This document shows, piece after piece, positions 8,041-16,452 of a DNA stretch of 55,553 nucleotides. Made by a program: the position numbers and the translations under genes. The DNA comes from a virus (taxonomy: Duplodnaviria > Caudoviricetes), in the IMG/VR virus record IMGVR_UViG_3300023265_000002, positions 1 to 55,553 of that record, one strand, 5' to 3'. The stretch's first letter is position 1, and the number at the start of each line of letters is the position of its first letter. The notes below the pieces were generated by a model. The model saw only the letters and a program-made list of their open reading frames with translations. It did no database searches and was not told where the DNA came from.

Positions 8041-8325
8041 ATGACGCACACCGAGAGCATCTACACCGCCGACGACCACGACTACCTGATCGTTCCCGGC
8101 GTCCTGCTGGACACCGAAGAGGGCCTCGAGTGGGGCATCGACTGGGACCAGCAGCTCGCCGAGCAGGGGCAGATCGCCCTCATCGACTCGAGCGGCGAGT
8201 TCGGCGAGATCGTCAGCATCGACGACCTGCGCACCTCCGACCGCTGGACCGCCGTCCGCCGCGACGACGCTGCGCGCGTCTCGCTCGCTACGGCGGCCGA
8301 GCGGCTGCGCCGGTCCGGCCAGTGA
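8041..8325 (+). CDS. hypothetical protein (leaderless)
   Basis: ATGACG start directly after the promoter. Confidence 0.8.
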   Translation: MTHTESIYTADDHDYLIVPGVLLDTEEGLEWGIDWDQQLAEQGQIALIDSSGEFGEIVSIDDLRTSDRWTAVRRDDAARVSLATAAERLRRSGQ

Positions 8326-8924
8326 CGGCGCGCCTTCGCGTGCTCGCGGCCTGCGAGTTCAGCGCCGCGGTCCGGGACGCGTTCCTCGCGCTCGGCCACG
8401 ACGCGTGGTCGTGCGACCTCGAGCCGACCGACGGCGACCCGGCACGGCACCTGCAGGGCGACGTGCTCGAGGTGCTCGACAACGGCGGGCAGTGGGACCT
8501 GGTGCTCGGCTTCCCGCCGTGCACCGACCTCGCCGCGAGCGGGGCGCGCTGGTGGCCGGCGAAGCGGGAAAGCGGGGCGCAGCAGCGCGCGGTCGACTTC
8601 GTGCTCGCCATCGCGAACCACCCGAACGCGGACCGGGTCGCGATCGAGAACCCGGTCGGCTACCTGTCGACCGCGTGGCGCAGGCCGGACCAGATCATCC
8701 AGCCGTGGCAGTTCGGTCACGGCGAGGTCAAGACGACGTGCCTGTGGTTGCGCGGCCTGCCGCTACTCGAGCCGACGGACGTCGTCGAGGGAAGGGACCA
8801 GACGGTATGGCGAATGGCGGACAGCAAGGGGCGGGCGAAGCGCCGCTCGATGACGTACCGGGGGGTCGCGCTCGCAATGGCCTCCCAGTGGGGAGGCCGC
8901 GTGCAGACGGCAGCCACAACGTGA
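8322..8924 (+). CDS. DNA cytosine methyltransferase-like protein
   Basis: VLAACEFSAAVRDAF, SCDL, catalytic FPPCT, IENP motifs. Confidence 0.8.
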   Translation: MTARLRVLAACEFSAAVRDAFLALGHDAWSCDLEPTDGDPARHLQGDVLEVLDNGGQWDLVLGFPPCTDLAASGARWWPAKRESGAQQRAVDFVLAIANHPNADRVAIENPVGYLSTAWRRPDQIIQPWQFGHGEVKTTCLWLRGLPLLEPTDVVEGRDQTVWRMADSKGRAKRRSMTYRGVALAMASQWGGRVQTAATT

Positions 8925-9280
8925 TGTGGCCTAGCCCGGTCGAGATGGGCGACCTCCGCGCGTTCGCCATCCGGATGAACGCGCTGTTCGAGGAAGCGGG
9001 CCGCCAGCTCGCCGCGCTGAAAGCTCCGGCGCTCCGGGCGTCCTCCGCGTGGTCGACGCTCGAGGACGGGCTCAAGCTGCGCCAGCTCAAGTCGGCGGGG
9101 CACCTCGGCCCCGACCTCATGGCCGCGTGCGCTGACCGCGCGTGGCGGATGCAGAACACGGTTCCGCTCGGCCTGCTCGACGTCGAGACCGGAGTCCCGT
9201 GGGTGGTGCTCGCCGCTCGCCGAGCGACGGACCCCCGTCAAGCAGTGATCACCGTTCAAGATCAGGAAGGGCCCCGATGA
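8924..9280 (+). CDS. hypothetical protein
   Basis: Start overlaps the upstream stop. Confidence 0.7.
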   Translation: MWPSPVEMGDLRAFAIRMNALFEEAGRQLAALKAPALRASSAWSTLEDGLKLRQLKSAGHLGPDLMAACADRAWRMQNTVPLGLLDVETGVPWVVLAARRATDPRQAVITVQDQEGPR

Positions 9281-9711
9281 AGATCGAACTCCCGCTGTCC
9301 GACGCGAGCGACGAGGCGTCGTTCCCCGCGGACTTCCACAACCTGCACACCACGGTCGAGGCGTTCCGTCGCGACCTGCTGCCCGCGGACAGCCTCAACG
9401 AGCCGTACGGCTGGGGCTACGAGACCGCCACCACGGACACGCCCGGTCTCGACCCGGCGGACCTGCCTCTCGGCGGCTCCGTGCTGTGGATCTACTACGT
9501 GATGCCGCGCAAGGGGCGCACGCGGGCGACCGGCATCCTGCTGGACGGCAGCGAACGGGCGCTCACGCAGGCGATGGACGCCGTCGCCGCGACCGTGCTG
9601 CCCAGACTGGCGAAGGCCTGGGGTCCGCTGCTCTCGGCCGCGATGACGCGGCTCGCGAACGCGGTCGACGCGCTCGGCATCGCGGACGCGGCAGAGGACG
9701 CAGAGCGGTGA
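9277..9711 (+). CDS. hypothetical protein
   Basis: RBS, ATGA overlap. Confidence 0.75.
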   Translation: MKIELPLSDASDEASFPADFHNLHTTVEAFRRDLLPADSLNEPYGWGYETATTDTPGLDPADLPLGGSVLWIYYVMPRKGRTRATGILLDGSERALTQAMDAVAATVLPRLAKAWGPLLSAAMTRLANAVDALGIADAAEDAER

Positions 9712-9806
9712 CGGTCTTCTACCTGTTCCGCGCGTACGTGGGGCTGCACCAGCTCCGGGAGAGGCTGCGCCAGGCGTCCGTCAGGCGGGCCCGGAGGAGG
9801 CGCTAG
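9708..9806 (+). CDS. small basic hypothetical protein
   Basis: GTGA overlap, 32 aa. Confidence 0.45.
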   Translation: MTVFYLFRAYVGLHQLRERLRQASVRRARRRR

Positions 9807-9814
9807 CCCAGGTG

Positions 9815-9844
9815 TTGACACCCCCCACCGTGGGGGGTTACTCT
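9815..9844 (+). promoter_or_regulatory. Palindrome-spacer promoter/operator, leaderless
   Basis: TTGACA-CCCCCCACCGTGGGGGGT-TACTCT; ATG at 9851. Confidence 0.85.
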
Positions 9845-9850
9845 ACTGCC

Positions 9851-10081
9851 ATGACGAACACGAGCGGTACCCAGGCCATCGCCCCCACCACGCCCGCCAA
9901 CGCGGTCACCGAAGAGCAGGCCTTCCGGATGCTCGGCGGCATGGGCATCACCGAGGACCTGATCGCGGGTGCCTTCTACCGCCTGCGGAACCGGCCGATC
10001 ACCGTTCTCGAGCAGGGCGACCGCACGTTCAGCTTCGAGCGTCTGGGCACCGACGTGTACGTGATCACCGCGGACGCCTGA
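9851..10081 (+). CDS. hypothetical protein (leaderless, MTN)
   Basis: ATGACGAAC start. Confidence 0.8.
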   Translation: MTNTSGTQAIAPTTPANAVTEEQAFRMLGGMGITEDLIAGAFYRLRNRPITVLEQGDRTFSFERLGTDVYVITADA

Positions 10082-10095
10082 CCGCACCCCCCACC

Positions 10096-10130
10096 GCGGG
10101 CCCTGCTCCCTTCCCCGGAGCAGGGCCCGC
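10096..10130 (+). terminator. hairpin
   Basis: GCGGGCCCTGCTCC...GGAGCAGGGCCCGC. Confidence 0.6.
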
Positions 10131-10150
10131 ACCCAGTTGAAGGGACCCCG

Positions 10151-10579
10151 ATGGAGAACAACCGCCGGCGACACCTCGTGATCGCCCTGCCGGAAGACGC
10201 CACGGACGAGGACGTCCAGCGCCTTACCCGCACCTACGAGCTGTACCTGTACCCGTCGCGGGACGCGGTCCAGCGCGACGAGGAGCGCCTCGCGGTCGAG
10301 CTGGTCGACGCCCCCGGCGACGCCCTCGAGGACGCGCTCAACCGTCCAGAGCTGCACCCCACGGCGGACCCGTCCGGCTCGTTCAGCGTGAGGCCGAAGG
10401 GCGGCAGGCCGGACGACTGGGCAGGCCTGGTGCGTCAGCTCGCCGACGGCACCTGGGAAGCAGAGGTGCGAGTCGTCGGGCGACCGGACGGCATGGCCTC
10501 CGAGGTGCTGCCGTGCTCGCCACCCAACCGGCGCGCGGCCGCCCGTCTCGTCATGGCCGCATGGAACGAGGGGCGCTGA
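10151..10579 (+). CDS. hypothetical protein
   Basis: RBS GAAGGGA, ATG. Confidence 0.75.
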   Translation: MENNRRRHLVIALPEDATDEDVQRLTRTYELYLYPSRDAVQRDEERLAVELVDAPGDALEDALNRPELHPTADPSGSFSVRPKGGRPDDWAGLVRQLADGTWEAEVRVVGRPDGMASEVLPCSPPNRRAAARLVMAAWNEGR

Positions 10580-11154
10580 TGGACTTCGACGCCGAGCGGG
10601 TGATCGAGTTGAAGGGTCAGCTCGAGGGGGTGGAGAACCGCGCCCTCGAGCTGTTCGACGCCTTCGCCGAGCTGGCGGTCCGGGCGAACGCGAGCCCGTC
10701 GCTGCTCCGCGAGATTGGACAGCGGGCGAACGGCTCGATCGAGTGGGTGGCGTCGATCAGGGACCGCCGTCTCGGCGAGCTGCGCCAGCGGCTGTCGCTG
10801 GTGGACTCGCCGGTCGAGATGGTTGCTTCCCTGCCCGGCGAGGGGCTGGTCGACTTGAGCCCTAAAGCCGACCTTCCCGCAGGGCTGTCCGCGCGCTGGC
10901 ACGACCGCGAGGTGCGCCCCTCCGACCACGTGCTGCGCCTCGAGGACGAGGAGGGCGACCAGGCCTCGCGCCTGCCCGACGGGCGCTGGTGGTGGTCGCT
11001 CATCAACGGCCAGCGCCTGCAGCTTGTCGACGAGGGTGCGCAGGCGCTCGACTGGGAAGGGCTGCACCTGCGAACGCGCTGGCGGTCCGTCCTGCTGGCG
11101 ACCGTGCAGGAGGACGAGGCCGACCGGCAGAACCCGATCAAGTTCGAACGGTAG
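10579..11154 (+). CDS. hypothetical protein
   Basis: TGATG overlap. Confidence 0.75.
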   Translation: MDFDAERVIELKGQLEGVENRALELFDAFAELAVRANASPSLLREIGQRANGSIEWVASIRDRRLGELRQRLSLVDSPVEMVASLPGEGLVDLSPKADLPAGLSARWHDREVRPSDHVLRLEDEEGDQASRLPDGRWWWSLINGQRLQLVDEGAQALDWEGLHLRTRWRSVLLATVQEDEADRQNPIKFER

Positions 11155-11158
11155 ATGT

Positions 11159-11175
11159 ATTCATAGACGATGAAT
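11159..11175. promoter_or_regulatory. ATTCAT-N5-ATGAAT palindrome, copy 1
   Basis: Same motif at 11832-11848 with shared GATG flank. Confidence 0.55.
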
Positions 11176-11197
11176 GCACCTGCCTCGAGCACGACAA

Positions 11198-11229
11198 AGG
11201 GCCCCCTTCCCTTGAGGGTTGGGGGCCCT
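11198..11229. terminator. bidirectional hairpin between convergent genes
   Basis: AGGGCCCCC...GGGGGCCCT. Confidence 0.65.
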
Positions 11230-11241
11230 GGTGTGCCGGGG

Positions 11242-11418
11242 TCAGAGTGAGCGGATGGCGTTCTCGATCAGGGCGGCCGCGTGGATGGGGGCGAGCATCC
11301 TCGCCTGGCGGCGACGGGCGTCGCGGGCGTGCTCGGTGAACCCGAGTGCCTCGCACTTGCGGGCGATGCGGGCGTTGTAGTCGGCGAGGAGGTTCTCGGC
11401 GTGCATCGTGTTCGTCAT
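11242..11418 (-). CDS. hypothetical protein (leaderless, MTN)
   Basis: ATGACGAAC 6 nt after a minus-strand -10. Confidence 0.75.
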   Translation of the reverse strand: MTNTMHAENLLADYNARIARKCEALGFTEHARDARRRQARMLAPIHAAALIENAIRSL

Positions 11419-11424
11419 GACACG

Positions 11425-11454
11425 AGCGTACCCCCCACGGTGGGGGGTACGCAA
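11425..11454 (-). promoter_or_regulatory. Palindrome-spacer promoter/operator, leaderless
   Basis: TTGCGT-ACCCCCCACCGTGGGGGG-TACGCT on the minus strand. Confidence 0.85.
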
Positions 11455-11491
11455 CTCCTAGTGAAGCAGGTCACATGGTTGAGATTCCGTG

Positions 11492-11521
11492 TTGACACCC
11501 CCCACGGTGGGGGGTTAAGCT
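11492..11521 (+). promoter_or_regulatory. Palindrome-spacer promoter/operator, leaderless
   Basis: TTGACA-CCCCCCACGGTGGGGGGT-TAAGCT; ATG at 11528. Confidence 0.85.
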
Positions 11522-11527
11522 ACTCCC

Positions 11528-11758
11528 ATGACGAACAACGGAAGCCACACCATCACCACCACGGTCACCGACAACGCCACCCCGGAGCAGTGCACGCACC
11601 TCCTGCGCACCATCAAGGACGTGCGCGGCACGGGCACCCGGCTCGCCGTGAAGATGATCGACCAGTTCATGCGCATCACCGAGACGGACACCGACGGCGA
11701 GAAGCTGGCCATCGACGTCTACCCGAACGGCACCGTGACGGACCCCTTCCACGTCTGA
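11528..11758 (+). CDS. hypothetical protein (leaderless, MTN)
   Basis: ATGACGAAC start. Confidence 0.8.
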   Translation: MTNNGSHTITTTVTDNATPEQCTHLLRTIKDVRGTGTRLAVKMIDQFMRITETDTDGEKLAIDVYPNGTVTDPFHV

Positions 11759-11770
11759 CCGCCGGCCACC

Positions 11771-11806
11771 AGCGCCCCGCCCCCCAGCTCGAGGGAGCGG
11801 GGCGCT
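11771..11806 (+). terminator. hairpin terminator
   Basis: AGCGCCCCGC...GCGGGGCGCT. Confidence 0.65.
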
Positions 11807-11831
11807 CTGCTGTGCACGGCCAGGCCGATGG

Positions 11832-11848
11832 ATTCATTGGCTATGAAT
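11832..11848. promoter_or_regulatory. ATTCAT-N5-ATGAAT palindrome, copy 2
   Basis: Matches 11159-11175. Confidence 0.55.
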
Positions 11849-11864
11849 GTTTCCGCCCCTCGGT

Positions 11865-11893
11865 TTGACACCCCCCACCGTGGGGGGTACGCT
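11865..11893 (+). promoter_or_regulatory. Palindrome-spacer promoter/operator, leaderless
   Basis: TTGACA-CCCCCCACCGTGGGGGG-TACGCT; ATG at 11900. Confidence 0.85.
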
Positions 11894-11899
11894 ACCCAT

Positions 11900-12361
11900 A
11901 TGACGAACACGACGCCCGCCCTTCACGTCCGCCCCTACGACAGCAAGACCGTCTACCGCTTCGCCGCGGTCGACACCATCGAGGAGGCCGGAGGCCACCC
12001 CGCCGACCGGAGCGTCTACCTGGTCGACGTCGCCAGCGGCCGCGAGATGATGGTCTTCCTCGGCGACTTCTGCGCCTACTTCGTCGCCGTGTGCGAGCAC
12101 GGGCACAAGCAGGACTGCTGCCTCGAGGCGCAGTGCCAGACGGCCGAGGACTTCGCGCTCGACCTCCGGGTCCGGGCGGACGACCCGCGCCCCGGCGACA
12201 TCGTTCAGGTGGTCGCCACGGGCGAGGAGGACGGCGACCTCGCCGCCGAGCTGCCCCTCGGCACCATCGTGATGAAGGCGGGCCCCGGCGCGATGGTGGC
12301 GTTCGAGGGTCGCGACCGCCCGATGTGGCTGGCCTGGGAGCAGCTCCACTTCTGCGACTAG
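11900..12361 (+). CDS. hypothetical protein (leaderless, MTN; SH3-like C-terminus)
   Basis: ATGACGAAC start; PRPGDIVQV...WEQL. Confidence 0.8.
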   Translation: MTNTTPALHVRPYDSKTVYRFAAVDTIEEAGGHPADRSVYLVDVASGREMMVFLGDFCAYFVAVCEHGHKQDCCLEAQCQTAEDFALDLRVRADDPRPGDIVQVVATGEEDGDLAAELPLGTIVMKAGPGAMVAFEGRDRPMWLAWEQLHFCD

Positions 12362-12368
12362 AAGGGGC

Positions 12369-12398
12369 TTGCGTACCCCCCACGATGGGGGGTACGCT
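12369..12398 (+). promoter_or_regulatory. Palindrome-spacer promoter/operator, leaderless
   Basis: TTGCGT-ACCCCCCACGATGGGGGG-TACGCT; ATG at 12405. Confidence 0.85.
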
Positions 12399-12404
12399 AT
12401 CCAC

Positions 12405-12713
12405 ATGACGAACACGGCGAACGCCCCCCAGGCCAGCTACGACCGCACCGCGGCCGCCCGCACCTACACCCGGCGAGTGCAGATCACCTTCGCCTACGGC
12501 ATGAAGCTCGCCTGCGAGATGGACCTGTCCATCGCCGACATGGAGAACCTGCGCCGGGACGGCGACATCGAGCCGGACGCCTCGTGCGTCGACTGCGGTG
12601 CGCACGTCACCGAGTGCCCGGAGATCGCCCCTCTGCTGCTGGACTGGCCGGAGCGCACCTACTCGACCACGTGGGGCCCGGACCTCGTCAGGGGCGAGCT
12701 GAACCCCGTCTGA
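12405..12713 (+). CDS. hypothetical protein (leaderless, MTN; CxxC...H...C)
   Basis: ATGACGAAC start. Confidence 0.8.
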   Translation: MTNTANAPQASYDRTAAARTYTRRVQITFAYGMKLACEMDLSIADMENLRRDGDIEPDASCVDCGAHVTECPEIAPLLLDWPERTYSTTWGPDLVRGELNPV

Positions 12714-12729
12714 CCCTGCACCCCCACTG

Positions 12730-12761
12730 CACCCCCGACCCCCACAGGGTCGGGGGTGTTT
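12730..12761 (+). terminator. intrinsic terminator
   Basis: CACCCCCGACCC...GGGTCGGGGGTG followed by TTT. Confidence 0.75.
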
Positions 12762-12801
12762 GCCGTTACGATCACCGGACCCCCGACTCGAGGAGTTCCG
12801 A

Positions 12802-13251
12802 ATGCCGCAACGCGTGCCCCGCCCGACCCCCCGCCGTGGAAGCGCTCTCACGGACCCGCCCCGCCCGCCCGCCCCGATGCCGAACCACATCTACGCATCG
12901 TGGTTCCCCGCCATCGTGACGCTGCCCGGCGGCGAGGTCGTCCGCAAGGCCAAGGTCTTCGCCGCCGACACCGGGCTCTACGTGTACGGCCACGCCCCGG
13001 ACAACCCGCGCGACCCGAACAACGAGCCCACCTGGTACGCGCCCGTCGCTTACGACAAGACGCCCCGCCCGCCGTCCGGCACGATTGCGGCGAGCGGGTT
13101 CACCATCGAGACCGAGAACGGCACGCCGAGCATCCTGCCGCAGGCCATCTGCGCACCCTGCTCGGCGCACCGGATGAAGTCGTGGGCCCCCCCGTGGGCG
13201 AGCGTCATCCAGGCGTGGCCGGACCAGGTGGAGCAGGAGGCGCAGGCGTGA
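12802..13251 (+). CDS. hypothetical protein
   Basis: RBS GAGGAG, ATG. Confidence 0.75.
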   Translation: MPQRVPRPTPRRGSALTDPPRPPAPMPNHIYASWFPAIVTLPGGEVVRKAKVFAADTGLYVYGHAPDNPRDPNNEPTWYAPVAYDKTPRPPSGTIAASGFTIETENGTPSILPQAICAPCSAHRMKSWAPPWASVIQAWPDQVEQEAQA

Positions 13252-13577
13252 ACCTCAAATGGACCCGCGACGCGCTCACCGTCGCCGTGACGGCGGCCGC
13301 GGCCTTCCGGCTCACCCGTCTGTGGCTGCGCGACAGCCTGCCCGGAGTGGTCCACGCCCGCGAGGCCGCCGTCCGCGCGCTCGAGGAGCGCGCCCCCGAC
13401 GGCGAGGAGCACCCGCTGCTGCCGCTCACCTACTGCGCCTGGTGCGCTGGCTTCTGGATCTCGGCCGCCGTGGTCGCCGTCGCCAGCACTCCTGAGCTGG
13501 CTCCCCTGTGGAGGCCGCTGTCCACCGTGCTCGCCGTGAGCGCCGTGGTCGGTGTGGCATCCGCGCACGACGAATAG
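13248..13577 (+). CDS. DUF1360-like membrane protein
   Basis: AFRLTRLW.RD and CAWCAGFW motifs; usual position before the portal. Confidence 0.75.
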   Translation: MNLKWTRDALTVAVTAAAAFRLTRLWLRDSLPGVVHAREAAVRALEERAPDGEEHPLLPLTYCAWCAGFWISAAVVAVASTPELAPLWRPLSTVLAVSAVVGVASAHDE

Positions 13578-13587
13578 GAGCGACGAC

Positions 13588-16452
13588 GTGCCCGTGACCG
13601 AACGGGGCCGAGTAGCCGCCCAGGCCTTCCGCCAGGCGGCTACCGCGGCCGCCCCCCCGCCCAGGGAGCCTGCAGCCGCGGCCTTCGCCGCGCGCCCAGG
13701 TGAGCCACGGCGCACGGCTCCGAAGGTGATGCGGGCGTCCGGGGCCCGCATCGACAGCAGCAACCCGGACGCCGTGCGCTCGCTGATCGCGGGCAGGCGC
13801 AGCCAGCAGTGGCAGGCGCTGGCCTGGGGCTACCGGGACATGATCGGCGAACTCCGCTACGGCCTGCAGTACCGGGCGCGTGCGATCAGCCGCGTGCGGT
13901 TCTTCGTCGCGCAGATCGTCGGCGACGACGACGAGCCCATCCCGCTGTCCCTGCGCAACGACGAGGACGCCGAGAAGCGGGCCCGCATCACCCTGCCGCC
14001 CGCGCTCTGCCAGGCCGCCGAGGAGGAACTCGCCCGCCTGCCGCTGGACGCGGGTTACCAGTTTCTCGGAGTCTGGTCGGAGAACTTCGACGTCGCGGGC
14101 GAGTGCTACCTGCACGGGTTCTACGACGAGTGGACCGGTGAGGAGCAGTGGAAGATCCGCTCGGTCGACGAGGTCGAGTTCGGCACCGACGGCCGGACCG
14201 TGCACCTGATCGACGAGACCGTGCCCGGTGGAATCGGCCGGCGGATCGACCTGTCCGACGAGGGCGGCGAGGAGCTGTACCGGCTGTGGGTGCCGCACCC
14301 GCGACGCAGTCACCTCGCCGACTCGGCGCTGCACGCGATGATCGGCACGATGGAGGACATCTGCCTCATCGGCCGCGAGATGCGCGCAGTGATGCGGTCC
14401 CGGATCATGGCCAACGGCGTGATCTTGATGCCCGATGGCATGACGATGATGCGCAACGTGCGCGAGGACGCGGACGGCGACGAGGAGGACTCGCCGTTCA
14501 TGGCCGAGTTCACCGAAGCGATCAACGCGCCGATCGCGAACGAGGGCGACCCCGGCGGCACGGTGCCCGTGGTGCTGACCGGCAGCATCGAGGACATTCA
14601 GGCGTGGCGTCACGAGCGCCTCGAGCGCGAGGACTCGGAGGAGCTGAACGACAAGCTCGCCGCGTGTCTCGGCCGCCTGGCCGCTGGGATGGACATCCCC
14701 CCGGAGATCCTCAAGGGGATGGGGGACGCGAACCACTGGACCGCGTGGCAGATCGACGCGTCAACCGCGCGCCACCACATCGAGCCCGGCGTCCGGCTCA
14801 TGGCGGACAGCCTGACCGGGGCGCTGCTGCGCGCGGCTCTGCTCAAGCGCGGTTTCCCCATCGACCAGGTGCGGCAGGTCCGGACCTGGTACGACCTCGG
14901 CACCCTGACCGAGAACCCGAACCGGCGGCAGGACGCGCTCGACGCACGCCGCGAGGGCGCGATCGGCAACGCCTCGTTCCGGCGCGCGCTCGGCTTCAAC
15001 GACGGCGACGCGCCGACGCCGCAGGAGGTCGTCGAGATGGTCGCCCTCAAGGCCGGTTTCGATCAGGCCACGGCGACCGCGCTGCTGCGCTACCTGGTGG
15101 CCAACGACCCGGACCAGCCGTTCGAGTTCCCCGCGGCCGCCGAGCAGGGGGCCCCCGCTCCGGCGCTGCCCGCGGGCACTCCGCCGCGCGGTCCGGCCGG
15201 TCCGGCGGATGGGCCCGGCACGGTGCCGAGCACGGCCCCACCTGCCATCGCGGCAAGTGCTCATGAGAGCGCTCTCATGAGGGTCACTGCACCTCAAGTG
15301 CCCTACCTCGGTTTGTCCGGACAGGCTTTCGCGACCGTCCCAAGTGGACGCCAGCATCAGGCCGACGAGCAGTACCGCATCGCGCTCGACGAGTCCCGAC
15401 GCCTCATGGAGGTAGACCGCACCCTGCGCGACACCCTCCTCGCCGCGTGCGACGCGGCCATGACCCGCGCGCTCGAGGTCGCCGGGGCCCGCCTGCGCGG
15501 CAAGGCGACCGCCGACGCCACCCTGCACGCCGAGCTGCGCGGCATGAGCGTGCTCGTCCTCGGCCGTCACGTCGGCCGCGAGCGCGCCCTCGCCCTCAAC
15601 GCTGACGACGACCACCTGCTGCGCGAGGCCTTCGCCCAGCTCGGCACCCTGTTCACGAAGTGGGTGCTCGCCGCGATCGAGAACGTCGTCGAGCGCGTGC
15701 TGCAGCTCCTCGGCCTCGACGCCGAGTCGCGCGCCGGACGGGCCGCGGCGAAGCGGATGCGCGACGACATGGGCAGCAGGGTCGACGACGGCTGGTCGCG
15801 GCTGCACGACGGCCTGCGCGACCGGGCGTCGAAGCTGCTCTTCGAGGGCGAGGACGACGAGGAGTTGCCCGGCGAGATTCCCCCCGGCGCGGTCCCGCCG
15901 TACCTGCTGCGCACCGCGCTCGCCATCGTCGGCGGCCTCCCGGAGACCTCCGGCGGCCTCGACGAGTACGGCCGGTCGGTCACCGGGGAGCCGGTCGGCG
16001 GCCTCGCCAACGGCGACACGGTCCGGCGCGAGATGGAGCAGCACGGCGCGGTCGAGCTGGGCTACCTGTGGGTGTACGGCATCACCCTGGACCCGCGGAA
16101 GTTCGACCCTCACTGGGACCTCGAGGGCGCGAAGTTCGCCGACTGGTCCGACCCGAAGCTCGAGACGGCGGGCGTGTACGGCGGCAAGTTCGCGTGGGTC
16201 GGCACCCACTTCCGGCCCGGCGATCACCGCGGCTGCATGTGCGACTACGTCCCCGCCTACGCGGTCCCCGCCTACGCCGAGCAGGTGCGGGAGCGCCTGG
16301 CGGTTCCCACTCGCCAAATGGCGGACCTGATCAAGCTCGCCGAGAGCGACGACGCGGCAGGCCGCACCGGCACCACGGCGCAGATCATGCGCGACCAGCA
16401 CGAGCAGATTCAGACCCTGCAGGCACGATTCCTCGGAGGTAAGCGGCCATGA
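13588..16452 (+). CDS. portal protein fused to MuF-like minor head domain
   Basis: WQALAWGY..IGEL.Y, W.PHPRR...ADS and D.NHW.AW motifs of actinophage portals; C-terminal PGDHRGCMC. Confidence 0.85.
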   Translation: MPVTERGRVAAQAFRQAATAAAPPPREPAAAAFAARPGEPRRTAPKVMRASGARIDSSNPDAVRSLIAGRRSQQWQALAWGYRDMIGELRYGLQYRARAISRVRFFVAQIVGDDDEPIPLSLRNDEDAEKRARITLPPALCQAAEEELARLPLDAGYQFLGVWSENFDVAGECYLHGFYDEWTGEEQWKIRSVDEVEFGTDGRTVHLIDETVPGGIGRRIDLSDEGGEELYRLWVPHPRRSHLADSALHAMIGTMEDICLIGREMRAVMRSRIMANGVILMPDGMTMMRNVREDADGDEEDSPFMAEFTEAINAPIANEGDPGGTVPVVLTGSIEDIQAWRHERLEREDSEELNDKLAACLGRLAAGMDIPPEILKGMGDANHWTAWQIDASTARHHIEPGVRLMADSLTGALLRAALLKRGFPIDQVRQVRTWYDLGTLTENPNRRQDALDARREGAIGNASFRRALGFNDGDAPTPQEVVEMVALKAGFDQATATALLRYLVANDPDQPFEFPAAAEQGAPAPALPAGTPPRGPAGPADGPGTVPSTAPPAIAASAHESALMRVTAPQVPYLGLSGQAFATVPSGRQHQADEQYRIALDESRRLMEVDRTLRDTLLAACDAAMTRALEVAGARLRGKATADATLHAELRGMSVLVLGRHVGRERALALNADDDHLLREAFAQLGTLFTKWVLAAIENVVERVLQLLGLDAESRAGRAAAKRMRDDMGSRVDDGWSRLHDGLRDRASKLLFEGEDDEELPGEIPPGAVPPYLLRTALAIVGGLPETSGGLDEYGRSVTGEPVGGLANGDTVRREMEQHGAVELGYLWVYGITLDPRKFDPHWDLEGAKFADWSDPKLETAGVYGGKFAWVGTHFRPGDHRGCMCDYVPAYAVPAYAEQVRERLAVPTRQMADLIKLAESDDAAGRTGTTAQIMRDQHEQIQTLQARFLGGKRP
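15260..15281. promoter_or_regulatory. perfect 22-bp LacI-family-operator-like palindrome inside the portal gene
   Basis: CTCATGAGAGCGCTCTCATGAG. Confidence 0.4.

Noticed and set aside
663-12398. Repeated palindromes as a CRISPR array
   Set aside because: Spacing is irregular (tens to thousands of bp), the intervals are genes, each copy is framed by -35/-10 hexamers, and there are no cas genes
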